A stretch of DNA of 64,000 nt, from assembly GCA_964016885.1 (NCBI GenBank), contig CAXHJY010000860.1, positions 248,001 through 312,000 on the forward strand, given 5' to 3'. Below are positions 13,931 to 28,430 of the stretch, one piece after another (the stretch's first letter is position 1; every line of letters starts with the position of its first letter). A program made the position numbers and the translations under genes. Under the pieces are notes generated by a model. That model worked only from the letters and a program-made list of their open reading frames with translations. It was not told the origin of the DNA and searched no databases. The stretch is from Eledone cirrhosa. Its lineage: Eukaryota.

Positions 13931-16648
13931 GAAGGCGTGTGGCTGAGAATGAAGGCGTGTGGCTGAGAGTGAAGGCGTGTGGCTGAGAATGAAGGCGTGT
14001 GGCTGAGAATGAAGGCGTGTGCTGAGAGTGGAAGGCGTGTGGCTGAGAATGAAGGCGTGTGGCTGAGAGTGAAGGCGTGTGGCTGAGAATGAAGGCGTGT
14101 GGCTGAGAGTGAAGGCGTGTGGCTGAGAGTGAAGGCGTGTGGCTGAGAATGAAGCGTGTGGCTGAGAGTGAAGGCGTGTGGCTGAGAATGAAGGCGTGCG
14201 GCTGAGAATGAAGGCGTGTGGCCTGAGAATGAAGGCGTGTGGCTGAGAGTGAAGGCGTGTGGCTGAGAATGAAGGCGTGTGGCTGAGAGTGAAGGCGTGT
14301 GGCTGAGAATGAAGGCGTGTGGCTGAGAGTGAAGGCGTGTGGCTGAGAATGAAGGCGTGTGGCTGAGAGTGAAGGCGTGTTGGCTGAGAGTGAAGGCGTG
14401 TGGCTGAGAGTGAAGGCGTGTGCGTGAGATTGAAGGCGTGTGGCTGAGAATGAAGGCGTGTGGCTGAGAGTGAAGGCGTGCTGGCTGAGAATGAAGGCGT
14501 GTGGCTGAGAGTGAAGGCGTGTGGCTGAGAGTGAAGGCGTGTGCTGAGAGTGAAGGCGTGGGCTGAGAATGAAGGCGTGTGGCTGAGAGTGAAGGCGTGG
14601 TGGCTGTGAGAGTGAAGGCGTGTGGCTGAGAATGAAGGCGTGTGGCTGAGAGTGAAGGCGTGTGGCTGAGAATGAAGGCGTGTGGCTGAGAGTGAAGGCG
14701 TGTGGCTGAGAGTGAAGGCGTGTGGCTGAGAGTGAAGGCGTGTGGCTGAGAATGAAGGCGTGTGGCTGAGAATGAAGGCGTGTGGCTGAGAGTGAAGGCG
14801 TGTGGCTGAGATTGAAGGCGTGTGGCTGAGAGAGTGAAGGCGTGTGGCTGAGAGTGAAGGCGTGTGGCTGAGAATGAAGGCGTGTGGCTGAGAGTGAAGG
14901 CGTGGGTGGATGAAGGAGAGAGCTGAGTGAAGGCGTGTGGCTGAGAAGTGCAGGCGTGTGGCTGAGTGAAGTGCGTGTGGCTGGAGGAGTGAGGGAGTGA
15001 AGGGTGGGGTGGGGGGGGGGGGGGTGGGGGGGGCGCTGTGGCTGAGAATGAAGGCGTGTGGCTGAGAGTGAGGGCGTGTGGCTGAGAGTGAAGGCGTGTG
15101 GCTGAGAATGAAGGCGTGTGGCTGAGAGTGAAGGCGTGTGGCTGAGAATGAAGGCGTGTGGCTGAGAGTGAAGGCGTGTGGCTGAGAATGAAGGCGTGTG
15201 GCTGAGAGTGAAGGCGTGTGGCTGAGAATGAAGGCGTGTGGCTGAGAGTGAAGGCGTATGGCTGAGAGTGAAGGCGTGTGCCTGAGAGTGAAGGCGTGTG
15301 GCTGAGAGTGAAGGCGTGTGGCTGAGAATCAAGATGTGTGGCTGAGAATGAAGATGTGTGGCTGAGAATGAAGGCGTGTGGCTGAGAGTGAAGGCGTGTG
15401 GCTGAGAGTGAAGGCGTGTGGCTGAGAGTGAAGGCGTGTGGCTGAGAATGAAGGCGTGTGGCTGAGAGTGAAGGCGTGTGGCTGAGAGTGAAGGCGTGTG
15501 GCTGAGAATGAAGGCGTGTGGCTGAGAGTGAAGGCGTGTGGCTGAGAATGAAGGCGTGTGGCTGAGAGTGAAGGCGTGTGGCTGAGAGTGAAGGCGTGTG
15601 GCTGAGAGTGAAGGCGTGTGGCTGAGAATGAAGGCGTGTGGCTGAGAATGAAGGCGTGTGGCTGAGAGTGAAGGCGTGTGGCTGAGACTGAAGGCGTGTG
15701 GCTGAGAGTGAAGGCGTGTGGCTGAGAATGAAGGCGTGTGGCTGAGAGTGAAGGCGTGTGGCTGAGAATGAAGGCGTGTGGCTGAGAGTGAGGGCGTGTG
15801 GCTGAGAGTGAAGGCGTGTGGCTGAGAATGAAGGCGTGTGGCTGAGAGTGAAGGCGTGTGGCTGAGATGAAGGCGTGTGGCTGAGAGTGAAGGCGTGTGG
15901 CTGAGAATGAAGGCGTGTGGCTGAGAGTGAAGGCGTGTGGCTGAGAATGAAGGCGTGTGGCTGAGAGTGAAGGCGTATGGCTGAGAGTGAAGGCGTGTGG
16001 CTGAGAGTGAAGGCGTGTGGCTGAGAGTGAAGGCGTGTGGCTGAGAATGAAGATGTGTGGCTGAGAATGAAGATGTGTGGCTGAGAATGAAGGCGTGTGG
16101 CTGAGAGTGAAGGCGTGTGGCTGAGCGTGAAGGCGTGTGGCTGAGAGTGAAGGCGTGTGGCTGAGAGTGAAGGCGTGTGGCTGAGAATGAAGGCGTGTGG
16201 CTGAGAATGAAGGCGTGTGGCTGAGAGTGAAGGCGTGTGGCTGAGAATGAAGGCGTGTGGCTGAGAGTGAAGGCGTGTGGCTGAGAATGAAGGCGTGTGG
16301 CTGAGAGTGAAGGCGTGTGGCTGAGAATGAAGGCGTGTGGCTGAGAGTGAGGGCGTGTGGCTGAGAGTGAAGGCGTGTGGCTGAGAATGAAGGCGTGTGG
16401 CTGAGAGTGAAGGCGTGTGGCTGAGAATGAAGGCGTGTGGCTGAGAGTGAAGGCGTGTGGCTGAGAATGAAGGCGTGTGGCTGAGAGTGAAGGCGTGTGG
16501 CTGAAAATGAAGGCGTGTGGCTGAGAGTGAAGGCGTGTGGCTGAGAGTGAAGGCGTGTGGCTGAGAGTGAAGGCGTGTGGCTGAGAGTGAAGGCGTGTGG
16601 CTGAGAGTGAAGGCTTGTGGCTGAGAATGAAGGCGTGTGGCTGAGAGT
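13931..16648 (+). repeat. 20-bp minisatellite GAAGGCGTGTGGCTGAGA(A/G)T, about 135 copies
   Basis: Seen directly. The unit equals the first 17 nt of the adjacent SINE plus 3 nt. Confidence 0.97.
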
Positions 16649-16865
16649 GAAGGCGTGTGGCTGAGTGGTTAGAGAATTGGATTCGCAATCGTAAGGTTGT
16701 GAGTTCGATTCCTGGACCAGGCGATGCGTTATGTCCTTGAGCAAGACACTTTATTTCACGTTGCGCCTTCTACCTGGAGTTGCGACCGATAGATAGTATT
16801 AGCAATTGGAAAGACCAACGGAAACATTGTTCCCTCGGTCCGATTTGACGAAAGTCGATCGTTCC
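16649..16865 (+). mobile_element. tRNA-derived SINE with CORE-like body
   Basis: A box TGGCTGAGTGG, B box GAGTTCGATTCC, then TGTCCTTGAGCAAGACACTT. Copies at 44984 and 54001. Confidence 0.85.
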
Positions 16866-16889
16866 TAAAAAAAAATATATATATATATA

Positions 16890-17098
16890 AGATTATCCCG
16901 GGTTCAATCGGGGATAACCACAGTAAGTAAGGTACTCAATACATAGCAGAGTATAAATATTTAGTATAGAAAGGCTTCTACAGGACTAGAACTGTTTCAT
17001 TCGGGAGAAATCATCAGGAAGCAGACCTGATGATTCCTGGTGATTTCTGCCGAATGAAACAGTTCTAGTCCTGTAGAAGCCTTTCTATATTAAATATA
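16890..17098. mobile_element. Fold-back PLE-like remnant (family C) with a hammerhead core on each arm
   Basis: Inverted arms at about 16955-17019 and 17034-17098, each reading CTGATGA/CTGGTGA-TTTC..GAAT-GAAA-CAGTTC-TA-GTCC outward. Flanked by (TA)n. Same family as 45575-45768. Confidence 0.75.
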
Positions 17099-17103
17099 TA
17101 TAT

Positions 17104-17245
17104 AACTGTTTCTACTTTAGGCACGAGGCCAGCAATTACTCAGTACATTACTGGTACTTTATTTTATCGACCCCGTAAGGATGAAGGCAAAGTCAACCTC
17201 GGCGGGATTTGAACTCAGATCGTAAAGGGACGTAACTATGCTGGA
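17104..17245 (-). mobile_element. SINE (13288 family), 5'-truncated
   Basis: Shares the core CTGGTACTTTATTTTATCGACCCCGTAAGGATGAA. Confidence 0.8.
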
Positions 17246-17274
17246 CTATAACTATGCGTTATATATATATATAT

Positions 17275-17466
17275 AACGAAGTGTGTTAAGGAACTAGGTG
17301 GACCATAACGCACCAGAGTACTCAATACTTAGGGTAGTAGAGTGGGTAATATGAAAATGTTCAAGACCCCGACGACAGAACGCGAGCCGTTTCGACGGCT
17401 ATTTCTGGACTGAAATGCCCGTCGAAACGGCTCAAGCTCTGCCGTCGGGGTCTTGAACATTTTCCT
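17275..17466. mobile_element. Family A fold-back element (half-hammerhead, PLE-like)
   Basis: GGTGGACCATAACGCACCAGAGTACTCAATACTTAGGG tail plus inverted CCCCGACG...TTTCGAC and GTCGAAAC...GTCGGGG arms. Confidence 0.75.
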
Positions 17467-17819
17467 ATATATAAACACTTAATAAACAGAGAAGACAGCA
17501 GGATGAAACTTGAGTGAAAATTGCCTGCCAACGTCCAATCAGCTAAGCACCACGATGAGCTCCTACACACCACCACCACCGCCACCAGCACCATCACCCC
17601 CACCAACAACAACACCACAACCAACACCACTAACCCCATCCCTACTTCACCCAAATTTCTTCAATAAGCTTCGATTTCTAAGAACAAAGCGAAAATTATT
17701 AATTCAACATAATCTTCTCTTTTGTCCAACAAGTCTCTCTCTCTTCTATCCTATCTCTATCTATCTCTATCTATCTATCTCTCTCTATCTAACTGTTTCT
17801 CTATCATAATGTCGTTGCT

Positions 17820-18455
17820 TCAATTCCTAGGTTGTGTGTTGTGTTCTTGAGCAAAACACTTCATTTCACGTTGCTCCAGTATACTCAGCTGAAAATGAGT
17901 ACCAGCAATAGCTGGGGGTTTATCCCTGTGATAGACTGGTGTCCTGTCCAGGGGAAGTTTTGTACTCTCAGTCACTTAACACCAATGAAACTAAGACAGA
18001 CTTTAACCCTGTGATGGACTGGTGTCCTGTCCAGGGGGAAGTCTTGTACTCTCAGTCACTTAACACCAATGAAACTAAAACAGACTTTAACCCTGTGATG
18101 GACTGGTGTCCTGTCCAGAGGGAAGTCTTGTACTTTCAGTCACTTAACACCAATTAAACTAAGACCTACTTTAACACTGCAATGGACTGGTGTCCTGTCC
18201 AGAGGGAAGTCTTGTACTCTCAGTCACTTAACACCAATGAAACTAAGACTTTAACACTGTGATGGACTGGTGTCCTGTCCAGGGGGAAGTCTTGTAATCT
18301 CAGTCACTTAACACCAATGAAACTAAAACAGACTTTAACCCTGTGATGGACTGGTGTCCTGTCCAGAGGGAAGTCTTGTACTCTCAGTCAATTAACACCA
18401 CGAAACCGGGATAAGCACTATCCTGACAAACCGTCTGGCTCGACACAGACTTTAG
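17820..18455 (+). mobile_element. SINE body whose 3' segment is tandemly repeated 6 times (about 84 bp)
   Basis: TGTTCTTGAGCAAAACACTT core. CTGTGATGGACTGGTGTCCTGTCCAG-type units start at about 17924, 18008, 18092, 18176, 18256 and 18340. Confidence 0.8.
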
Positions 18456-18917
18456 CAATACAATGAATGCATTTTAAAGCCATGAGTAATACCATATATG
18501 GAAACCAAACTTAAAATCTACATTTCTCACTGTCAACTGAGTAAAAGCTAAAGTGTATATAGACCTGTAACATCTGATGAAGTCGTAGTTTTGCATTAAA
18601 TTACAGGTAGCGTCTATATTGTGTTATAATAATATAAGTGGCTGAGCATTCTACAGACACGTATACTTTTAACATAATTCTCAAGGAGATTCAGCTGACA
18701 CTGTGTATGACAAAGCTGTCCCATTGAATTACAGGTACATCTGAAAGTGTCTTGCTCAAGAAGACCTCAATAAAAGATATGATATATACAATACTATAAT
18801 ATTCTGTTCTAAAGCATACATTACTATTCGACACACTACGGGGTTTGGAGTTCTTTGTTTAGAATATGCATTCGAAACGGCAAGAGCTCAGTCGTCTGGC
18901 ACTACCTCTCCACCGTC

Positions 18918-18919
<2 letters not shown>

Positions 18920-18970
<51 letters not shown>

Positions 18971-19034
18971 TATACATCTGTATGTATATGTATGTATACA
19001 CATACATACATAGTTATGTATGCATGTATATGTA

Positions 19035-19078
<44 letters not shown>

Positions 19079-19114
19079 CATATGTGTGTATGGGTGTGTG
19101 TATGTATATATATA

Positions 19115-19171
<57 letters not shown>

Positions 19172-19232
19172 TACATATATATATATGCATACATATATAT
19201 ATATGCATACATACATATATATATATATATAT

Positions 19233-19323
<91 letters not shown>

Positions 19324-19365
19324 CATACATATATATATATATGCATACATACATATATATATATA

Positions 19366-19439
<74 letters not shown>

Positions 19440-19480
19440 CATATATATATATATATATATATGCATACATAGGTATATAC

Positions 19481-19525
<45 letters not shown>

Positions 19526-19551
19526 CCTATGTATGCATATATATATATATG

Positions 19552-19590
<39 letters not shown>

Positions 19591-19619
19591 GTATATACCT
19601 ATGTATGCATATATATATG

Positions 19620-19652
<33 letters not shown>

Positions 19653-19699
19653 TATATATACACACACCCACACACACATATATACATATATACATATAT

Positions 19700-19733
<34 letters not shown>

Positions 19734-20024
19734 AGAGACTTTACCCTCCCCCCCTCCCCCACACAATAGACTTTTCCTTAAGACGGATAATTCAGGTCTA
19801 GTGACGTGTTAGTCTTAAGAGTTAAGTGGGGGAATTAAAAGTTGCGGGGTGGTGGGCATGGAAGGAGGGCTTCTACATCATCTGGTGTGGTTGTTGGTTA
19901 ACCCACTTGGCTTTTGACCAATCTTGTTGTTGTTGTTGTTGTTGTTGATGTGTTTGTTGTAACGTTGTTGTTGTTGTTGTTGTTGTAATCGTTATTACTA
20001 ATCTTCTTCGTATCTGTCCGTACA

Positions 20025-20099
<75 letters not shown>

Positions 20100-20434
20100 G
20101 TCTGTCTGTCTCTCTGTCTGTCTCTCTCTCTGTCTGTCTCTCTCTCTGTCTGTCTGTCTGTCACTCTGTCTGTCTGTCTGACTGTCTGTCTATCTACATA
20201 CCTATCTATATATCTGTCAGTCTCTCTATCTATTTGTCTGTCTGTCTGTCTGCCTCTCTATCTATCTCTATATATCTCTATCTATCTACCTACCCATCTA
20301 TCTGTCTGTATCTCTCTATCTATCTATTTATTTGTCTGTCTGTATCTCTCTCTCTCTCTCTCTCTCTATCAATCTCGCTCTCTCTCTCTCTATCTATCTA
20401 TCTCTCTATCTATCTATTTATTTGTCTGTCTGTA

Positions 20435-20465
<31 letters not shown>

Positions 20466-20520
20466 CTGTCTGTCTATCTATCTACCTACCTATCTATATA
20501 TACCTACCTATCTATTTATC
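18920..20520. repeat. (TA)n, (TTG)n, (TCTG)n and (TCTA)n microsatellites
   Basis: Seen directly in the sequence. Confidence 0.9.
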
Positions 20521-21725
20521 TTCGAATGTGCTCAGGCGCTCTCAGCCCTGTGGCAGGCGGACCCGGCGATCAGTGGAGACTCCACTTCGACATTCTATAG
20601 AGGGTTGGTCCGCAGCAAGTGCGACGACACGCTCGGAGAAACTCTGGGTGTAGAGGAAGACGAACTGGCCAGTCTGTTCGGTAGGACCTTCCGCCCGGGA
20701 CCGATGGACAACTTCCAAAAGTCCCTGGTCTGGCAGTGCTACCGAGAGATTCTACCAGTTCGAGACAAGCTCTACAGACATGGACGCCTGGGCAGGGACC
20801 CTGCAAAAAAGATCTGTCCGAGCTTCGTGCGAGACGAAGAAACCGTCGCGCACGCATTTGTACACTGCCCGGGCGTTACCAACCTGTGGGGCTATGTAGA
20901 ACGACTATTGTCGCGGGTGGGACCAATCCAGTTGACCACCGAGTCCATTGTCATGATCAAATCGCCACCCTCCTTCAAAAACGAGGGAGAGGCGGTTTTC
21001 CTATGTGTTATGGCTATGGTGAAAGAGCTTATATGGTGGACGAGGTTAAAAGGGCTGAGGTCAGACACCTTTCTCTCCGGCCAGCAACTGATTCGTTTTC
21101 TCAAATATCATTTTGGAAGAAGAATCAGGATGGAGAGAGAGGTGCTGTACCCCAGCAAATTTTATAAAAGGTGGGTGAATGTGGCAAAGATGGCCCGAGT
21201 GGTTGGGCCTTCTCTCTATATAAGCCTGTAGGTTGAGGAAAAAGAGGAAGAGAGGAAGGGAGTACTCACTCTTGGTGCTCCTGGAGATGTGGGTTGTACA
21301 TTCTTTCGGGGTGTGTACAACCCCTGTGTAACGCCTCCCCACTATAGGTGATTTCAATTGTTATTTGTTGTTTTATTAATAGTTTTATTTTCATATAACT
21401 GTATGTAAACTCCCCATTTGTATTTGTTCCCTTCTTTTGTGCCCTTGTGGCTAATTAAGAAATTTTTCTATCTATATCAGCCTGTAGGTTGAGGAAAAAG
21501 AGGAAGAGAGGAAAGGGGTACTCACGCTTCGTACTCCTGGATATGAGGGTTGCACATTTTTTCGGGGGTATGTGTTACCCGTATGTAAAATCTCCCCCTA
21601 TTGGGGAAAATCGATTAATTTTTAAATTGCATTTGTGATAGTATTTTACACGTTTTTATTGTATGTAAACTTCCCCCTTTGTATTTGTCCCCTTCTTTTG
21701 TGCCCCTATGGCTAATAATGAACAT
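20520..21725 (+). mobile_element. L1/Tx1-like LINE 3' fragment (zf-RVT region and 3' UTR), followed by a second 3' UTR copy
   Basis: Translation WQCYREILPVRDKL...CPSF..EETVAHAFVHCP...LW resembles the L1/Tx1 C-terminal CCHC (zf-RVT) domain. Stop at 21231, UTR ends in TCTA repeats. Confidence 0.8.
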
Positions 21726-21899
21726 ATCTATCTATCTACCTATTTATATGTCTTTATGTACCTACCTATCATATCAATCTGTAGATCTCTCTATCTATCT
21801 ATCTATATATTTATTTATCTATCTATCTCTATATATATATATCTGTTTGTCTGTCTCTCTATCTATATATATATACATATATATATATATATCTGTTTG

Positions 21900-22870
21900 T
21901 CCCTGGCACCTCGAGTGCCCACAGGCGCTCACAACCCTCTACCAAGCGGAAACGGGAATCAGCGGAGACACCACTTCGACATTCTATAGGGGATTAGTGG
22001 GGGATAAGTGCGACGACGTTCTCGGGGAAACTCTAGGCATCGAGGAGGACGAACTGACCAGTCTGTTCGGGAGGACTTTCTGTCCAGGGCCTATGGATGT
22101 CTTCCAGAGGTCTCTGGCCTGGCAGTGCTACTGAGGAGCTCTACCAGTTCGAAAAAAAATCTACAGGCATGGACGCCCCGGCAGAGATCCTGCCAAAAGG
22201 ACCTGTCCAAGATGCGAGCAGGACATCGAAACCGTTCTGCACGCAATTGTTCAGTGCCCAGGGGTGACCGACCTGTGGAATTATGTCCAACAGCTGCCGT
22301 CACGTGTGGGACGCATCCAGTTGTCAGCCGAGTCCATCGTGAGGATCACCCCGCCACCTTCATTTAAGAACGAAGGAGAGGCGGTCTTCCTCTGTCTGGT
22401 GGCTATGGCGAAAGAGGTAATATGGTGGACGAGGTTAAAAGGACTTAGGGCAAACACCTTTCTCTCCGGACAACAACTCATCCCCTTCTTTAAGTATCAC
22501 TTCAGAAGGAAGCTGAGAGTGGAGAGAGAGGTGCTACACCCCAGTAAATTCACTGAAAGGTGGGTGAATGTGGCGAAAATGGCCCGCGTGAATGGGCCTT
22601 CTCTGTATATAGACCTGTAGGTTGAGGAAGATAAACAGAGGGAAGACGGGAACACCTACAACACGTGTTCCTGGTGTTGAGGGTTGTTCTATCCACGGGG
22701 TGTAAAACAACCCCGCAGTAACGTTCCCCCCTATTGGGGATTTCAATTGTTATTTTATTATATATAGTTTATTGTTATTTATTAATATTAAAGTTATCTT
22801 TATGTAAAACCCCCGCCGTCACGTCTTGTAATGTCCCATTTTTGTATGCCCCTGTGGCAAATAAAGACAT
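21900..22870 (+). mobile_element. L1/Tx1-like LINE 3' fragment, disrupted by an in-frame stop
   Basis: Homologous to 20520-21470 with CPRCEQDIETVLHAIVQCP. TGA at about 22132, AATAAA, then (TCTG)n. Confidence 0.8.
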
Positions 22871-22873
22871 CTA

Positions 22874-22930
<57 letters not shown>

Positions 22931-23014
22931 ATATCTGTACGTCTGTCTATACATCCATGAATATGTGTCGTCAAGTACATAATCTTCACATTTATATCTC
23001 TGTCGATGTGTAAT

Positions 23015-24430
<1,416 letters not shown>

Positions 24431-24898
24431 CGTGTGTGTTCAAGTGTGTGATGAAAACATGCAGAGGTGAAGATTAAAGTAAAGAGATGAGCAACGAAAA
24501 ATAAGATAAAGCAAAAAAATAACAACAACAACAAAAAAATTACTAAAAAAAATAAACAACACAGAAGCCATTTTACAAAATGGCGACCAGAACGATGACA
24601 AAACATAGAAAAACAACCAGAAAAAAATCATCAGCAACAACAGCATCAACAATAACCATATCAGCAGCAAAATAGGATCCTGTTAATTTTGACGTTTAAT
24701 TGCCTGATTCACTGTATGTATTCGTGGCTGTCTGTCCGCCTCTCTGTCTGGCTGGCTGTCTGTCTACTCGTGTGTATCTCTGTGTCTGTGTGTTTGTCAA
24801 TGTTTCATTCTTCCTTTGCTTGTCAATGTGTCACTATGTCTGTCTCTCTGTCTCTCTGCCTATTTTAGTCTCTGTCTATCTCTGTTTGGCCAACTGCT

Positions 24899-27220
24899 TT
24901 CAAAAACGAAAGAGAGGTGGTTTTCCTCTGTACAGTGGCTATGGTGAAAGAGGTTATATGGTGGACAAGGTTGAGAGGACTGAGGACAGATGCCTTTCTC
25001 TCCGGACAACAACTCATTCCCTTCTTTAGGTACCACTTTAGAAGGAGAATCAGAGTGGAGAAAGAGGTACATTTAAAAACGAAAGAGATGTGGTTTTCCT
25101 CTGTACAGTGGCTATGGTGAAAGAGGTTATATGGTGGACGAGATTGTGAAGACTGAGGACAGATGCCTTTCTCTCCGGACAACAACTCATTCCCTTCTTT
25201 AGGTACCACTTTAGAAGGAGAATTAGAATGCAGAGAGAGGTACATTTAAAAACGAAAGAGAGGTGGTTTTCCTCTGTACAGTGGCTATGGTGAAAGATGT
25301 TATATGGTGGACAAGATTGAGAGGACTGAGCACAGATGCCTTTCTCTCCGGACAACAACTCATTCCCTTCTTTAGGTACCACTTTAGAAGGAGAATCAGA
25401 GTGGAGAGAGAGGTACATTTAAAAATCAAACAGATGTGGTTTTCCTCTGTACAGTGGCTATGGTGAAAGAGGTTATATGGTGGACAAGGTTGAGAGGACT
25501 GAGGACAGATGCCTTTCTCTCCGGACAACAACTCATTCCCTTCTTTAGGTACCACTTTAGAAGGAGAATCAGAGTGGAGAGAGAGGTAGATTTAAAAACG
25601 AAAGAGAGGTGGTTTTCCTCTGTACAGTGGCTATGGTGAAAGAGGTTATATGGTGGACGAGATTGAGAGGACTGAGGACAGATGCCTTTCTCTCCGGACA
25701 ACAACTCATTCCCTTCTTTAGGTACCACTTTAGAAGGAGAATCAGAATGGAGAGAGAGGTACATTTAAAAACGAAAGAGAGGTGGTTTTCCTCTGTACAG
25801 TGGCTATGGTGAAAGAGGTTATATGGTGGACAAGATTGAGAGGACTGAGGACAGATGCCTTTCTCTCCGGACAACAACTCATTCCCTTCTTTAGGTACCA
25901 CTTTAGAAGGAGAATCAGAATGGAGAGAGAGGTACATTTAAAAACGAAAGAGAGGTGGTTTTCCTCTGTACAGTGGCTATGGTGAAAGAGGTTATATGGT
26001 GGACAAGATTGAGAGGACTGAGGACAGATGCCTTTCTCTCCGGACAACAACTCATTCCCTTCTTTAGGTACCACTTTAGAAGGAGAATCAGAATGGAGAG
26101 AGAGGTAGATTTAAAAACGAAAGCGATGTGGTTTTCCTCTGTACAGTGGCTATGGTGAAAGAGGTTATATGGTGGACGAGATTGAGAGGACTGAGGACAG
26201 ATGCCTTTCTCTCCGGACAACAACTCATTCCCTTCTTTAGGTACCACTTTAGAAGGAGAATCAGAGTGGAGAGAGAGGCACATTTAAAAATCAAACAGAT
26301 GTGGTTTTCCTCTGTACAGTGGCTATGGTGAAAGAGGTTATATGGTGGACAAGGTTGAGAGGACTGAGGACAGATGCCTTTCTCTCCGGACAACAACTCA
26401 TTCCCTTCTTTAGGTACCACTTTAGAAGGAGAATCAGAGTGGAGAGAGAGGTACATTTAAAAACGAAAGAGAGGCGGTTTTCCTCTGTACAGTGGCTATG
26501 GTGAAAGAGGTTATATGGTGGACGAAATTGAGAGGACTGAGGACAGATGCCTTTCTCTCCGGACAACAACTCATTCCCTTCTTTAGGTACCACTTTAGAA
26601 GGAGAATCAGAGTGGAGAGAGAGGTAGATTTAAAAAGGAAAGAGATGTGGTTTTCCTCTGTACAGTGGCTATGGTGAAAGAGGTTATATGGTGGACAAGG
26701 TTGAGAGGACTGAGCACAGATGCCTTTCTCTCCGGACAACAACTCATTACCTTCTTTAGGTACCACTTTAGAAGGAGAATCAGAGTGGAGAGAGAGGTAG
26801 ATTTAAAAACGAAAGAGATGTGGTTTTCCTCTGTACAGTGGCTATGGTGAAAGAGGTTATATGGTGGACAAGGTTGAGAGGACTGAGCACAGATGCCTTT
26901 CTCTCCGGACAACAACTCATTACCTTCTTTAGGTACCACTTTAGAAGGAGAATCAGAATGGAGAGAGAGGCACTGCACCCCAGTAAATTTACTGAAAGGT
27001 GAGTGAATGTGGCCCGATTGATTGGGCCTTCTCTGTACATAAATCTGTAGGTTGAAGAAGAGAGCGAAAAGAAGAAAGGAGCACTTGCACAACAGGCTCC
27101 TGAAGTTGAGGGTTGTTCTATCTACGGGGTATTAAACACCTCATTTGTGGTGCCTCCCCTCTATTGGGGATTTTGATTGTTGAATTTGTATGTTAAACAT
27201 TTTTTACACGATTGTATGTA
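24899..27220 (+). repeat. 12 x 173-bp tandem array derived from the L1/Tx1-like ORF2 3' end; the last unit continues into the LINE 3' UTR
   Basis: Units start at 24902, 25075 ... 26805 and each translates as VFLCTVAMVKEVIWWTRLRGL...FRRRIRVERE. Confidence 0.95.
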
Positions 27221-27628
27221 GAATGGAGAGAGAGGTGCTACACCCCAGTAAATTCACTGAAATGTGGGTGAATGTGGCGAAAACCTGTAGGTTGAGGAAG
27301 ATAAACAGAGGGAAGACGGGAACACCTACAAAACGTGTTCCTGGTGTTGAGGGTGTAAAACAACCTCGCAGTAACGTTCCCCCTTATTGGGGATTTCGAT
27401 TGTTTTATTTTATATATAATTTATTGTTATTTGTTAATGTTAAAGATTTTATGTAAAACCTCCACCGTCACGTCTTGTAATGTCCCTTGTACGCCCCTGT
27501 GGCAAATAAAGAAATATATCTATCAGCGGAGACTCGACTTCGATATTCTATAGGCGATGTGCTCGGGGAAACTCTAGTCATCGAAGAGGACGAATTGCCC
27601 AGTCTGTTCGGGAGGACTTTCCGTCCTA
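27220..27628 (+). mobile_element. Further truncated L1/Tx1-like fragments
   Basis: Matches the 22515-22870 segment and part of 21960-22085. Confidence 0.75.
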
Positions 27629-27778
27629 ATGTTATAAATCGTTATGTATTCGATATAAGTTTTGAAATCAATTACAGAACTTATATCCAAAACATAACTA
27701 CATAACTATTTCATCTGATCAACGAGCCGGACGTTTCTGTAAGGATCGTCTAGTTTCCTGAAGACTTTGGTAATGGAA

Positions 27779-27831
<53 letters not shown>

Positions 27832-27833
<2 letters not shown>

Positions 27834-28420
27834 AAGGAGGGTAAAATTCCCGAGATCCATGGACGAGTTCTCTCCAGCGGTCTCTGTCCCTCATTATCGC
27901 TGCCATATCCTGCATCTCCAACAGACCAGTGTCTGTCCTTAGGGCATCAACATATGTTAACCTTGGTCTTCCTCTTCTAGTGTGTCCATGTAGGGGCTCC
28001 CACAGGAGCACTGAGTGCAGTGTCAACTCTGGATGTCGGTGAGCATGTCCAGCTAACCTAGTGTGTCCATGTAGGGGCTCCCACAGGAGCACTGAGTGCA
28101 GTGTCAACTCTGGATGTCGGTGAGCATGTCCAGCTAACCTAGTGTGTCCATGTAGGGGCTCCCACAGGAGCACTGAGTACAGTGTCAACTCTGGATGTCG
28201 GTAAGCATGTCCAGCCAACCTCAGTCTCCTCTGTGTCACTTTTGAGCTGACTTTTGGGATGCTCCCATACAGCTCTGAGTTTTTCATTCTCAGTGTATAC
28301 TGATTAATGTTCAGAGCCATCCTCAGCATTCTCGTGTAGCACCCATCCACCATCTGAGTGAGTCTCTTGGTCAGTGTCCAAGTCTCAGACCCATACAGCA
28401 GCACAGACTCCACTACAGCA
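27832..28420 (-). mobile_element. 5'-truncated RTE LINE with an internal 81-bp triplication
   Basis: Same family as 2881-3720 (SVLLYGSETWTLT...EFYPP*). (TA)n on both sides. Confidence 0.9.
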
Positions 28421-28430
28421 ATATATATAT

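Noticed and set aside
16649-16725. tRNA gene
   Set aside because: A and B boxes are present, but there is no convincing acceptor stem and the sequence continues into a SINE body found three times.
13923-16744. 921-aa and 471-aa ORFs, or a CRISPR-like array
   Set aside because: These are translations of a 20-bp tandem repeat. There are no unique spacers or cas genes, and the context is eukaryotic.
18574-18600. Isolated CTGATGA
   Set aside because: No downstream helix II or GAAA, so it is not called a ribozyme.
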